Shown: piece after piece, positions 48,318 through 58,737 of the stretch
How the letters are laid out: every line of letters starts with the position of its first letter
How positions within the stretch are numbered: position 1 is the stretch's first letter
NCBI GenBank assembly: GCA_963737905.1
Contig: CAVTUQ010000039.1
Coordinates: 82,800-146,799, forward strand
Source: an uncultured delta proteobacterium
Lineage (GTDB): Bacteria; Desulfobacterota; Binatia; UBA9968
Reading direction: 5' to 3'
DNA: 64,000 nt
Notes under the pieces: generated by a model
Told to the model about the DNA's origin: nothing
What the model saw: the letters and a program-made list of their open reading frames with translations, nothing else
Databases searched by the model: none
Program-made: the position numbers and the translations under genes

Positions 48318-49319
48318 TCAGCGCGCTCCGGGAACCCTGCCGACCTTACTGAGTGCGCCGGCCAGTATCTTCGAATCGACGATTTCCTTGGTGTTCACGG
48401 CCGATTTGAGCTCGCCGTTTTCCGTGAAAAACTTTACGGTGTCATCGAGGATCGAAGTGTCGCCCCCGTTTTGCGGCCAGGCGCGCACGACCTCGATGTA
48501 CGCTTTGATCGCCGGGGCGATGATGTGTTTGGGCATATCCGGCAGATGCTTTGCAACCACCGGCTCGAGAATCTTCGGATTTGCATGCACCATGCGAAAG
48601 GTCTTCAGCAGCTCAGCGATATAATCAATCGCCACTTCTTCGTTCTTCCGCAACCACTCGACATTGCCCCAGTAACTCGCGCCGCTTATGTTAAAAAGAC
48701 CACCGGTTTGGATGATGTGATAACGGCCCGGCGCCTTCGAGTCCAGATTGAGCCAATCGCCGAGCTGCACCAAGGTGGCATCGATCTGATTATTTTGTAA
48801 AGCAATGATTCGGTTCTCGCCGCCTGGAATGACCATGATGTTTGGTTTTACTTTGCATTCGTTCAGCAGCCACAGCTTGGCCGCCAGCGACGTCGTGGCA
48901 GCCTCGCCATGGATAGCGAATCTTTTTCCATCGGTGTCCTTGCAGTCCTTGATTTCATTCTTTGCGATCATGAGGAATTCGCCGCCGTTGTTCTCCATCA
49001 CAAAAGCAAGCTTGGCTCCTTTTTGAATCGCCCGCACCGGGTCCATGATCTGGGAGTTGGCGAGCTGGATGGTTCCCTGGGCGAGCGCCTGGACGTTCAA
49101 GTCGGTCCGCGTAAACTCGACGCTTTTCACATTCCATCCATTCTTGTTCAACCGTTCATGGGTCAAAACCGCCGGCATGTCATAGAGTGAAATCGTCGAT
49201 GGATGCCCAAGCTTGATCTCTAGATTACCCTTCGGTTTCAGCACCTCCACTTCCGCCGCTTGGAGCCCGATTACCATCAAAAATACACTTAGGATCGCAA
49301 ACGATAAGATTCCCTTCAT
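48318..49319 (-). CDS. ABC substrate-binding protein, NitT/TauT family
   Basis: Signal peptide, QALAQG, DGKRFAIHG, ALQNNQIDAT; heads the permease-ATPase-permease module. Confidence 0.9.
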   Translation of the reverse strand: MKGILSFAILSVFLMVIGLQAAEVEVLKPKGNLEIKLGHPSTISLYDMPAVLTHERLNKNGWNVKSVEFTRTDLNVQALAQGTIQLANSQIMDPVRAIQKGAKLAFVMENNGGEFLMIAKNEIKDCKDTDGKRFAIHGEAATTSLAAKLWLLNECKVKPNIMVIPGGENRIIALQNNQIDATLVQLGDWLNLDSKAPGRYHIIQTGGLFNISGASYWGNVEWLRKNEEVAIDYIAELLKTFRMVHANPKILEPVVAKHLPDMPKHIIAPAIKAYIEVVRAWPQNGGDTSILDDTVKFFTENGELKSAVNTKEIVDSKILAGALSKVGRVPGAR

Positions 49320-49392
49320 TCTAGGTCCTCCCTCTCGCTCTACTAGGATTGGTCTTAGGATTGTTTTACAAGCACCGGCGGATCATCGCCGG

Positions 49393-49893
49393 CTATTTTT
49401 GTTCTGTTACTGGATGGTTATTTTCGCCGCGCATTCGCGCCGCCGCATCCAGCACCGCCTCCTGAATCTTGTAGTAACTGCCGCAGCGGCACAGATTACC
49501 AGCCAAGTAGGCCCGGATCTGCTGTGCCGTCGGAGCGGGATTTTCCTCCAAAAGGCTTTTGGTGCTCAAAATAAATCCGGGCGTGCAATAGGAGCACTGA
49601 AAGGCATTATGATCGATAAAAGCCTGTTGAATAGGATGCAGCTTGCCCGGATTACTTAGCCCCTCGATGGTCACAATCTCCTTGCCTTCAGCCAGCGGCG
49701 CAAGCAAAAGACAAGAGCTTATCGGCTGGCCATCCAAAAGCACCGTGCACGCGCCGCACATGCCGATGCCGCAACCTTCGCGCGCGCCAAAGAGCTTGAA
49801 TTCGTCGCGGAGCACTTCGAGCAAACTATGATGAGTGTGCACGGCTTTTTCTTCTTCCATTCCGTTGACTGTGAGTTTGATGATTTGTTTCAT
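49393..49893 (-). CDS. Molybdenum hydroxylase small subunit, 2x[2Fe-2S] (CoxS/XdhC-like)
   Basis: EGCGIGMCGACTV, FQCSYCTPG, GNLCRCGSY. Confidence 0.96.
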   Translation of the reverse strand: MKQIIKLTVNGMEEEKAVHTHHSLLEVLRDEFKLFGAREGCGIGMCGACTVLLDGQPISSCLLLAPLAEGKEIVTIEGLSNPGKLHPIQQAFIDHNAFQCSYCTPGFILSTKSLLEENPAPTAQQIRAYLAGNLCRCGSYYKIQEAVLDAAARMRGENNHPVTEQK

Positions 49894-49960
49894 GTGCCTT
49901 CCTCGATGCGCTATCGTTGGTCTCTCACTATCATCCCGTTCTCAACGATGGATTTTTCAT

Positions 49961-50028
49961 TGTCATTCCGAACGTATGTGAGGAATCAACCTCAAATAAA
50001 AAGATTTCTCCCTGCGGTCGAAATGACA
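49961..50028. repeat. REP-like palindromic repeat, copy 1
   Basis: TGTCATTCCG...GAGGAATC...AAGATTTCTCCCTGCGGTCGAAATGACA. Terminal inverted repeat TGTCATT/AATGACA; a 29-bp block is identical to copy 2. Confidence 0.8.
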
Positions 50029-50040
50029 GCTTACACCTAG

Positions 50041-52350
50041 TCATGTCCTGCCAAGTTCTCGCAGAATTTTTTCCGCGGTCAGAGGCAAATCGTGAATGCG
50101 CGCTCCCACCGCGTTATAAACCGCGTTGCCGATAGCCGCCATCACCGGTGGCAACAGCGTTTCACCGATACCATGAAGTTCGTCCGAGCCTGTGTGTTCC
50201 AACGCCCCCGGATTTAGTTTCTCTGGAATGTCCTCGAAAGAGGGAATATTGTAGTCTCCCAAGTTTGTGTTCAGAAGCTGGCCGCGGTCGTCGTATGCCA
50301 TCTCCTCGAAAAGCGTTTGCCCGAGCCCAAAGATCGTGGATCCTTCCAGTTGCAGCTCGCATAAACGCGGATTCACGACCCGGCCCGCAAAGACGTGGGG
50401 AGTTAAGTGAAGAACTCTGACCTTGCCGGTCTCCACATCGACTTCCACCTCGCAACCGATCGCTCCCTGGTGCCAGTGAACGGAGCCGATACCCTGTCCG
50501 GTTTCCAGATCGAGGCCGCCGCGGGTGCTGAATGCGCCCCGTCCGATAAGGTTACCCTGACTGCTGCGCAGCGCAATCTCGCCGTAACCAAGCGAGCGGC
50601 CGGGAGTTCCGCGAACCGCGACTCTGCCCTCTTCGAGAACTAAGTCGGTTACGGACGCTTCGAGCAGCTCGGCGGCATAATCGAGCAACTGCCGCTTGAG
50701 GTCGGCGGCCGCCTTACCGATAGCGCCCCCCATGGAAAAAGTTGTGCGGCTGGAGCTCGTCTGTTGATCATAGGGCGTCAGTTCGGTGTCTGGATCCGAA
50801 ACCGACACGCGGCTCATCGGTACCTGCAACGCATCGGCCGCGATCTGAGCCAATACGGTTTTCGCGCCCTGCCCGAGCTCCACGCTGCTGGTCAAAACAT
50901 TGAGACTGCCGTCTTCATTTAATTTGAGCGCCGCCGCGGAGGTTGAAGGGGTAATCGTCGCTTTGATCACCAGCGCCAATCCCTTGCCGCGCCTGACAAT
51001 GTCTTTCTCCTGCGAAGAGCGATTCTTGTTAAGCCAGCGCGCATCGGTCGATGTCCACTGCACAGAGGCCGCAGCCTGGTCCAAAAGCTCATCGTAGTGC
51101 ATGTCGGCGAGCTTCTCGCCGGTGGCGAAGCAATCATCATCGCGAAGCAGATTCTTCCGCCGGAATTCAACCGGATCCAGGGCAAGCCGTTCGGCGATCA
51201 GATCCATCTGGCTCTCATAGGCCCACACGGCCTGGGGCACGCCGAAGCCGCGCAGCGCTCCCGCCGGCACGACGTTGGTCCATACCGCACAAGAGTCGAT
51301 CCACACATGGGGAATCTTGTACGGCCCGGACATCGCGGAGCCGCCGTTACGCGCGACGACGGGTCCAATATCGCTATACGCGCCGGTGTTAAAATTGGCG
51401 CTCACTTGGCGGGCCACCAGTGCGCCGTCCTTCTTGACGCCGGTTTTTATCCGGATCGTCGCCGGGTGCTTGCACACCGTAACAAACTCTTCTTCCCTTT
51501 TGAGCAGAATCTTGACCGGGCGGTTCGACTTCCGCGCCAAGAACGAAGTGATCGGCTCCAGTCTAAGCGAACCTTTCGAGCCGAAGCCACCACCCAGGGT
51601 CTCGACAATAACCCTGACTCGCGCCAGCGGCAGGTTGAACAGCTCAGCCATTTGCGAGCGGATCGCATGGGGCATCTGCGTCGAGGTCCAAATCGTCAGC
51701 TTTCCTTGGAAGAATTGGGCAACGGTCACGTGGGGTTCCAGGGGAACATGCTGCGCCGCCGGCGAGCGGAACACATCCTCGAAAACAAAATCAGCCTCGC
51801 GAAATCCCTGTTCGACATCGCCGCGACGCAGCTTGAAATGACTGCAGAGGTTGCTCCCCGCCGGGAGATCTTGAATCAATTTGCTGAACATCGGCTGCTG
51901 CTCCGGCCGCGGATCGTGGACCAGCGGCGCGCCGGGCTTCAGCGCCTCCTCTTCATCAAACACGGCAGGCAGCTCTTCGTACTCGACTTCGATGAGCGAC
52001 AAGGCCTCCGCCGCGATATCGTCGTTCATCGCCGCTACCGCGGCCACCGGATCACCGACAAAGCGCACCTTGTCCAAAGCCACCACGGTCTGGTCGCGAA
52101 AGATCCTGCCGTACTTTGCGTTAAAGCCGGTGGGACCGATGAAGTCGCTGCGCGTCAGCACGGCGCCGACTCCTGCCAACCCTTCGGCGCGCGACGCATC
52201 CACTCGAATCAAACGTGCGTGGGGAAATGGGCTCCGCAGGATCTTGCCGAAGAGCATCCCGGGCAGCTCGACATTGAGCACGTAATTGATGCGGCCGGAA
52301 ACGCGCTCTTCTGCGTCGATCATGGGTACGGTCTGCCCGACGGCTGCCAC
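50041..52350 (-). CDS. Xanthine dehydrogenase family molybdopterin-binding large subunit
   Basis: LRSPFPHA, HVPLEP, GGGFGSK, ALRGFG, ELGQG, catalytic-Glu motif GIGE. Confidence 0.95.
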   Translation of the reverse strand: MAAVGQTVPMIDAEERVSGRINYVLNVELPGMLFGKILRSPFPHARLIRVDASRAEGLAGVGAVLTRSDFIGPTGFNAKYGRIFRDQTVVALDKVRFVGDPVAAVAAMNDDIAAEALSLIEVEYEELPAVFDEEEALKPGAPLVHDPRPEQQPMFSKLIQDLPAGSNLCSHFKLRRGDVEQGFREADFVFEDVFRSPAAQHVPLEPHVTVAQFFQGKLTIWTSTQMPHAIRSQMAELFNLPLARVRVIVETLGGGFGSKGSLRLEPITSFLARKSNRPVKILLKREEEFVTVCKHPATIRIKTGVKKDGALVARQVSANFNTGAYSDIGPVVARNGGSAMSGPYKIPHVWIDSCAVWTNVVPAGALRGFGVPQAVWAYESQMDLIAERLALDPVEFRRKNLLRDDDCFATGEKLADMHYDELLDQAAASVQWTSTDARWLNKNRSSQEKDIVRRGKGLALVIKATITPSTSAAALKLNEDGSLNVLTSSVELGQGAKTVLAQIAADALQVPMSRVSVSDPDTELTPYDQQTSSSRTTFSMGGAIGKAAADLKRQLLDYAAELLEASVTDLVLEEGRVAVRGTPGRSLGYGEIALRSSQGNLIGRGAFSTRGGLDLETGQGIGSVHWHQGAIGCEVEVDVETGKVRVLHLTPHVFAGRVVNPRLCELQLEGSTIFGLGQTLFEEMAYDDRGQLLNTNLGDYNIPSFEDIPEKLNPGALEHTGSDELHGIGETLLPPVMAAIGNAVYNAVGARIHDLPLTAEKILRELGRT

Positions 52351-52368
52351 AGTGATTTTCCGTCTCTG

Positions 52369-53234
52369 CTAATTGCCCGCCATCGCCTGTTGGATGGCCC
52401 GCCGAGCCATGACACGAATGATCTGTTTTCGATACCACGCGGAGCCACGCAGATCCGAGAGCGGTTCGATGCCGGCGGCATAGGCTCCGGCGATCTCTTC
52501 GATCAAGGAATCGGTCAAGCGCTTGCCCCGCGCCATGGCCTCGGCGGATTCGATCTCTTGAGGGATCTCCGAGACCGCTCCCGCAACCAACCGCAACTCC
52601 TGGCAGCTGCCGTCCGGCCTCATTCTTGACAACAGCAGCCATACCGACGCAGGGCCGATCCTCGGAAGAACGAGAAATATACTTTAGATAGGCGGAGCGG
52701 CTCCCGGGAGCCGGATCCGGAACGATCAGTTCAGTCAGAATCTCATCCGGAGCCAAAGTGGTCTCGTAGAAATCTTTGAAAAAATGCTCCACGAGAATCT
52801 CCCGTTCACCCCTGAACGCTCTTGGCCTTGACCGTAGCGCGTAGCGCGACCAGAACGCAGGGCGGATCCGAGGCGTAGTCCGCTTCGCTCAAATTGCCGC
52901 CGACCGTGGCCGCATTGCGCACGCGCACGTTGCCCACCTTGCCGAAGGTTTGCGCCAGAGTGAGATTTTTTTCGCGAACCAATGGAGAGATTTCGGCTTC
53001 ACGGATGGTAACCAAGCCGCCGATTTTCAAACCGGTTCCCGGCTCATGGCGAATGCTTCGAAGCTCCTGCAAATGACGCAGGCTGAGCAAGTTCGAGGGA
53101 GCGATGAGCCGATTTCTCAGCATGATGACCAGCGCTGTTCCACCGGAAATTATTTTTGTTTCGTTAGGCTCCGAAGCCAGGAGCGCGACTGCTTCATCGA
53201 GTGATTTTGGCTGTAAAAATTTGATGTTTGGCAT
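52369..53234 (-). CDS. Molybdenum hydroxylase FAD-binding medium subunit (CoxM-like), two 1-bp frameshifts
   Basis: ISGGTAL, VRNAATVGGNL, SDPP, DEILTE, PLSDLRGSAWYRKQ. Frames join at ~52810 and ~52618. Confidence 0.88.
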
Positions 53235-53262
53235 GGTCGTCGAGTTGATCTCTTTCTTTCCG

Positions 53263-55587
53263 CTAACTCTCCCGCTTAGCGACTTTTTGCTGCTCCAGCG
53301 CGCGCAGTACTTTCTCCGGCGTAATCGGCAAATCGAGAAAATGGGTCCCTACGGCTCGGCTAATAGCATTTCCGATCGCAGGTCGAGCCGGCGGGATCGC
53401 CGTTTCGCCGAGCCCATGAACATCGGTCACGCCGTGAGGCTCCAACAAATGGACGGTCAACTGCGCCGGCACATCTTCAAACGATGGAATCATATAGTCG
53501 GATAGGTTCGGATTGGTGATGCTGCCGTTGGTGTCCACCGCCAATTCCTCGAACAATACCTGGCCAAGCCCGAAAGTCGCCGCGCCCTGGACCTGCAGCT
53601 CCGAGAGGAGAGGGTTGATCACCTTGCCGGCGTACAGCTCAGCCGTGCAGTCTGGAGAACCTTCACCTTTCCGGTATCCGTGTCCACCTCCACCTCGCAG
53701 ACCACCACCGCAGGATGCCATTCCGCCGACCCGTAGCCTTGGCCGGTTTCAAAGTCCATCACCACCGGACTGCCGTCGGGTCCCGAGCCGGAAACAAAAA
53801 CTCCATGACCCAAAAGATTGTTCGCCTTGGTGAAGCGGATGGCGTCGATATAGGAGACCGACTTCCCGGCGGAACCACGGACTACGATCTTGCCGTCCTG
53901 CAATAGCAAATCTTCGTCTAGCGGCTTCGAGTTGAGCCGCCGCCGCTTCGAACAGTTGCTCCTTGATATCCTTGATCGCTTCGCGGATGGCCGTGCCCAT
54001 GCAAAAGGTTGCGCGGCTGGCCGCGGTCATCAGGTCGAAAGGCGTAAACGCCGTGTCAGGCTCGGAGACGCGCACACGCTCCACCGGCAACCCGGCCTCG
54101 GTCGCAGCGATTTGCGCCAGCGCGGTTTTTAATCCTTGGCCCATTTCGACGGAGCTGGTCAGAACATTGAGGCTCCCATCGCCATTGAGTTTTACGGTCG
54201 CCGTTGATGTGGTCGGCGTCGCCATGCCCTTTAATGATGACGCCGATGCCTTTGGCACGGATCTTATTTCCCTCCCGAAGCACCAGAGGCCCGTCTCTGC
54301 CAACCGATTTTTTTTGCCGCCGCAGTAATCAGCTCATTGTAATGCATTTCCGGCATCGGCTCGCCGGTCGAGAATGGATCGCCTTTTTGCAGGACGTTTT
54401 TCAGCCTGAGCTCGACTGGGTCAAGACCCAACGCATCGGCGATGATGTCCATTTGGGTCTCATGTGCCCAAGCCACCTGGCTGATGCCGTAACCCCGAAA
54501 CGCCGCGGAAGGCGGACTATTGGTGTATATGCCGTAGGAGTCCATATACAGATGCGGCACCCGGTAGGGTCCAGTGGCGGCGTAGCCACGTGTGATCAAA
54601 TTCGGCGTGGTATCGCCGTAGGCGCCGGAGTTGTAATAGCAATGAGCTTCGACAGCCACCAGGGTGCCGTCGGCTTTCACCCCGGTCTTGAGTTTGACCT
54701 TGCACTCATGCTGAACGCCGAGCAGAAAACACTCGGCGCGCCGCGCCACCATGCGCACGGGCCTCCCGGTTTTCTTGGCCAACAGGACCGCCGCCGGTTC
54801 CAATTTGGAATTCAGCTTGCCGCCGAAGCCGCCACCGAGCGTGAAAACGATCACGCGCACATCGGCGATGGGAACTTTGAAAATTCCGGCGAGCTGGCGC
54901 TGGACAACGTGGGGATTCTGGTTACAGGTCCACACGGTTATCCGCCCGCCGCTGACCTGGGCCACGGTCACATGCGGTTCAAGCGCAAGGTGATTAACGG
55001 AGGGCGAAAAAAAACTGTTTCGAAAATCCTGTCGGAATCAGCGAAAGCCCCGGGCCATGTCCCCTTTGCGCTGCTTGAACAGGTGGACGATATTCGTTCC
55101 CTCTAGCGATCGCGCCGCCACATCCGGGCGTCCGGCTATGATGCGCCTCGGTCCCGGGTGCAAAATCGGCGCTCCTGGCTTTAACGCCTCCTCCGGGTCG
55201 AACACCGCCGGTAGCTCTTCGTACTCAACATTAATCAGCTCGACTGCTTCGGCCGCCGTATCCGCGTCCGACGGCAGCGACAGCGGCAACCGCCTCGCCC
55301 ACAAAGCGAACCCGGTCCAGCGCTACCGGCGTCTGGTCTTGAATGATCAGGCCGAAATAAGGATCTATATCATCGCGGATCAAATCTTCGCCGGTCAGCA
55401 CGGCGGCAACGCCCGGGAGTTTTTCCGCCTTCGAGGTATCGACCTTCACAATGCGCGCGTGCGCATGGGGACTGTGAAGCACGCACGCATGGAGCATTCT
55501 CGGCAGCTCGAAATTTAACGTATAGTCGATGCCGCCGGTCACCCGCAGCTCTGAGTCTACCATGCTGATCGATTGTCCAACCGCCAT
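53263..55587 (-). CDS. Second xanthine dehydrogenase family Mo-binding large subunit, about 7 single-base frameshifts
   Basis: Consecutive fragments carry HSPHAHA, HLALEPH, GGGFGGK, AFRGYG, EMGQG, QVQG and GLGE, collinear with the paralog at 50041-52350. Confidence 0.85.
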
Positions 55588-55639
55588 GCTACTTTCCGTT
55601 CGTCATTAATTCCGGAAATGATGCTCGAACCATCGGTCT

Positions 55640-55695
55640 TGTCATCCCGAGCGAACGCGAGGGATCTAAGATTTCTCCCTGCGGTCGAAATGACA
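55640..55695. repeat. REP-like palindromic repeat, copy 2
   Basis: TGTCATCCCGAGCGAACGCGAGGGATCTAAGATTTCTCCCTGCGGTCGAAATGACA. Confidence 0.8.
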
Positions 55696-55714
55696 GAGCG
55701 TTCCCATAGCTACG

Positions 55715-57185
55715 TTATTCCAAAATCCATCCCCATTTTGCGAGAATCGCGCGCGTGCGCTCCGGCGTGCTGATGATATCACCCGCCAGCGGATGGTTCT
55801 TCCACGTAAACGGTGTGGTGGCGTCGATGATCATCCGCGAGTTCGCATTCAGCTCGCGCTGATCCGGTGCGATGGCCATGTCGATGCGGCTACCCTTGGT
55901 ATCCTTGATGATCTCGACACTGCGCTCGGGATCGGAGCGGGCGACAATCGCCCACACCACGTCTTGAATGCTGGTCACGTCCACGTGATCGTCCACCACC
56001 ACCGTCAACCGATTCATGTCTATGCCGCCGCCGCACTGCGAGGCGATCAGCCCCGCCTGCTTGGCGTGGCCGAGGTATTGCGTTTTAAGCGCCACCACGG
56101 TCATCAAGCGATTACCGGCCTCGGGCGGGCACCAAACGCCGCACACACCGGGGACACCGGCCTTCTCCAATTGGTCCCAGATCATCCCCGAGCGCAGATA
56201 CACCAGGAAGCGATTGTCCTCGTGAGGCGGCTTACCCTGGGGGCAGCCGAGAATTATGGGATCGTTGCGATGGTAAATTCGCTGGATGCGGATGACGCGA
56301 TCTTTGGGATAGCCATCTTGGTAATATCCCATCCACTCGCCGTAGGGGCCTTCCTTGGCGTATTCATCGGTGGTGATGAAACCTTCGAGGGCGATTTCAG
56401 CGTAAGCCGGAATCGGCAAGCCGGTCAGTTCGCCTTGAATCACTTCAATGGGCGCGCCACGCACGCCTCCCGCCCAATCCAATTCGCTTTGGCCGTAGAT
56501 CGGGCCTTCCACGCAGGATGCCAGAAACATCAGAGGATCGGCGCCCACGACGGTGACGATTGGACAAGGCTGTCCGCGCTGCATGTATTTTTCTTTGATG
56601 ATACCCCCGTGGTGTGGCGGCGCGGCACGGATACCGATGCTGTTTTTGTCGAATACTTGATTGCGATAGGTGCCGACGTTGATGATACCCGTGTCGGGGT
56701 CGCGCATGATGTTGACGCTCCCGGTGCCGATGAAGCGGCCGCCGTCGCGCGGGTGCCAAATCGGCGCGGGGAAGCAATTCAAGTCCACTTCACTATCCCG
56801 CAAGATGTTTTCTTGAACCGACCCTCGCTTGATCACCACCGGTGGGATCGGGGCAAAACCTTTGAGTAGTTCGCGCCAGAACTGCAGCAACCGATCATGC
56901 GAAGCATCCGCGGGATCTAAGCCCAAGGTCAGCGCCTGCCGTTTCCGCGAGCCCATGCTATTGACCAAGACGCGATAGCCAGGTTTGAAGTTCGGGATCT
57001 CGTCGAAGAGGACACAGGGGCTTTCTTCCGCGTGGTCCAGCATTTCGGTAACGGCGCCGATATCCTCCTCGGAACTCGCGCCGCGGACATGTTTCAGCTC
57101 GCCGAGCGCATCCACCAACTCAAGCCAATCTCGCAGGTCACACCACTGTGGTTCGGTGGCTTGGGCCTTGTCTCTGCTTAGCCAT
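55715..57185 (-). CDS. UbiD family (prFMN-dependent) (de)carboxylase; probable 1-bp insertion just after the ATG
   Basis: DLRDWL, DGGRFIG, NVGTYR, EGPYGEW, VVVDD.VD, IIDAT. RBS GAGGAGG precedes ATG 57185, which is one base out of frame with the body. Confidence 0.92.
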
Positions 57186-58701
57186 CTATTTGCCTCCTCT
57201 TAGGTAGGCCAAGTCCCCTTCAGAAAGCGGTCGCACATAATCGCCGGGATTCATGCGCTCCTTTACATCCGGCGGGACGCGCGTCGCGGCGGGGAACTTA
57301 CCCGCAGATAGCGGACGCGTGCAATCAAAAATCAGCTTGGTCTCAAGGGTACCTTTTTCGTCCCGCCGATAACCGTAAGTTGGCGGGTTCAACCGGCTGC
57401 CGATTGAATTGTTTATGACCACCAGATCCTTGTCTGCTTGGAAACGGGTTGCCAACGCCCAGAGGACGTCCGCTTCGTTGGTGACGTCGATGTCGTCGTC
57501 GACGATAAACACATGCTTGGTGGCCGGGCTGTAGGCCATCAGGTTGAACGCCGCGAGATGGGGCTCCCCATCGGCGACTTTCTTCATGGAGATATAGGCG
57601 TGGTTTCGGGCCACGCCGGAGATCGGCAGATGCACGTTGATCACATTGGGACATACGTCACGGGCGCGATTGAGCAGAAAGCCCATCCGCGCCAGCCCGC
57701 CGATGGCCGAGTGTTCGCTGCTGGCATTGAAGACGTCAACGTAGATCGGATCGCGCCGCATGGTAATCGCGGTTACTTTGATCACCGGGTAAGGCCCGAC
57801 ACCGGTATAGTAGCGCGGATACTCGCCGAAGGGACCTTCTTCACGCACATTCTCAGGGCTGGTGTCCAGCACACCTTCGATGACGATCTCGGCGCGCGCC
57901 GGCACTTCAAGATCTACGGTCTCCGCCGGCACCATCTCCAAGGGTTGCTGCAACAAGCCGCCCGCCACCTCCAACTCACCGCCCATGCCGGGAGGATTGG
58001 TGGTGCCTGCGAGCAGCAGGCAGGGGTGGTGGCCGATCACCATCGCGACTTGCATCGGCTGCTTCCGCTCCCGATGCTCGACGAGAATATAATTTCCTCC
58101 TTGAAACGCGCCGGTCATAAAACCGACCTCGTGCTTACCGTGAAGCATGGAACGATAAATGCCCGCATTCTGCACGCCGGTTTTCGGATCGCGCAAAATA
58201 AAGACCGCCGAGGTGATGTACTTACCGGAATCGAGCTCCTGATGACGGAGTATCGGCAGTTTGGTCACATCGGCGTCGAGCCCCTTTCCAGACGACCTCT
58301 TTCACCGGCGCCTGTGCTCGATCAACCCGCTTGACGGGAACAGGAGCATTTTCCCGGCGTCCAAACTCTTCCACCATTCCTTGAAGGTTCGAGTCGATGG
58401 CCAGCGCCAGCCTCTCATAAGTTCCTTGCAGGTTGATGAGCAGCGGGATAGACGAGCCCTTGATCTTGCGAAAAAGCACCGCCGGATAGTTGGGGTAACG
58501 ACCGTCGTTTCTCATTTGATCGACAACCGCGGTGACTTCAAAGATCGGATCGATCTCCTTATCTACGATCATCAATTGTCTGGGGTCGTACTCAATAAGC
58601 TTTTGCAGATACGCGCGGAGATCTTTAGGGGCAGCTAAGGCCTTATCCGCCTGACTTTCCTCGCGCACCGAAACTCCGGTCAAAGCAGGTTGTCGCGCCA
58701 T
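57186..58701 (-). CDS. UbiD family (de)carboxylase, 1-bp frameshift at ~58281
   Basis: DLRAYL, LPILRH..DSGKYIT, NAGIYR, EGPFGEY, IVDDDIDV, VLWALATR. Confidence 0.92.
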
Positions 58702-58737
58702 ATCGCTTTCTCCTTCAAAGTTTTTGTCACCAGCCTG

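Noticed and set aside
51097-52629. Long antisense ORFs (510 aa here; also 29476-30594, 46905-47990, 54204-55106, 55793-56869, 57438-58334)
   Set aside because: They lie opposite well-supported genes and show no motifs; these are typical shadow ORFs of GC-rich coding DNA.
49393-55587. Aerobic CO dehydrogenase (coxMSL)
   Set aside because: Neither large subunit has the CoxL active-site loop (AYxCSFR form I or AYRGAGR form II); they read ALRGFG and AFRGYG.
52600-58300. Programmed ribosomal frameshifting or phase variation
   Set aside because: There are too many sites, no shared slippery heptamer or long repeat tract, and a strong insertion bias. Sequencing error explains it better.
52369-58701. 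Anaerobic phenol pathway (phenylphosphate carboxylase plus 4-hydroxybenzoyl-CoA reductase)
   Set aside because: The FAD subunit is ~288 aa with no Cys-rich [4Fe-4S] insertion typical of HcrB, and no phenylphosphate synthase genes are present.
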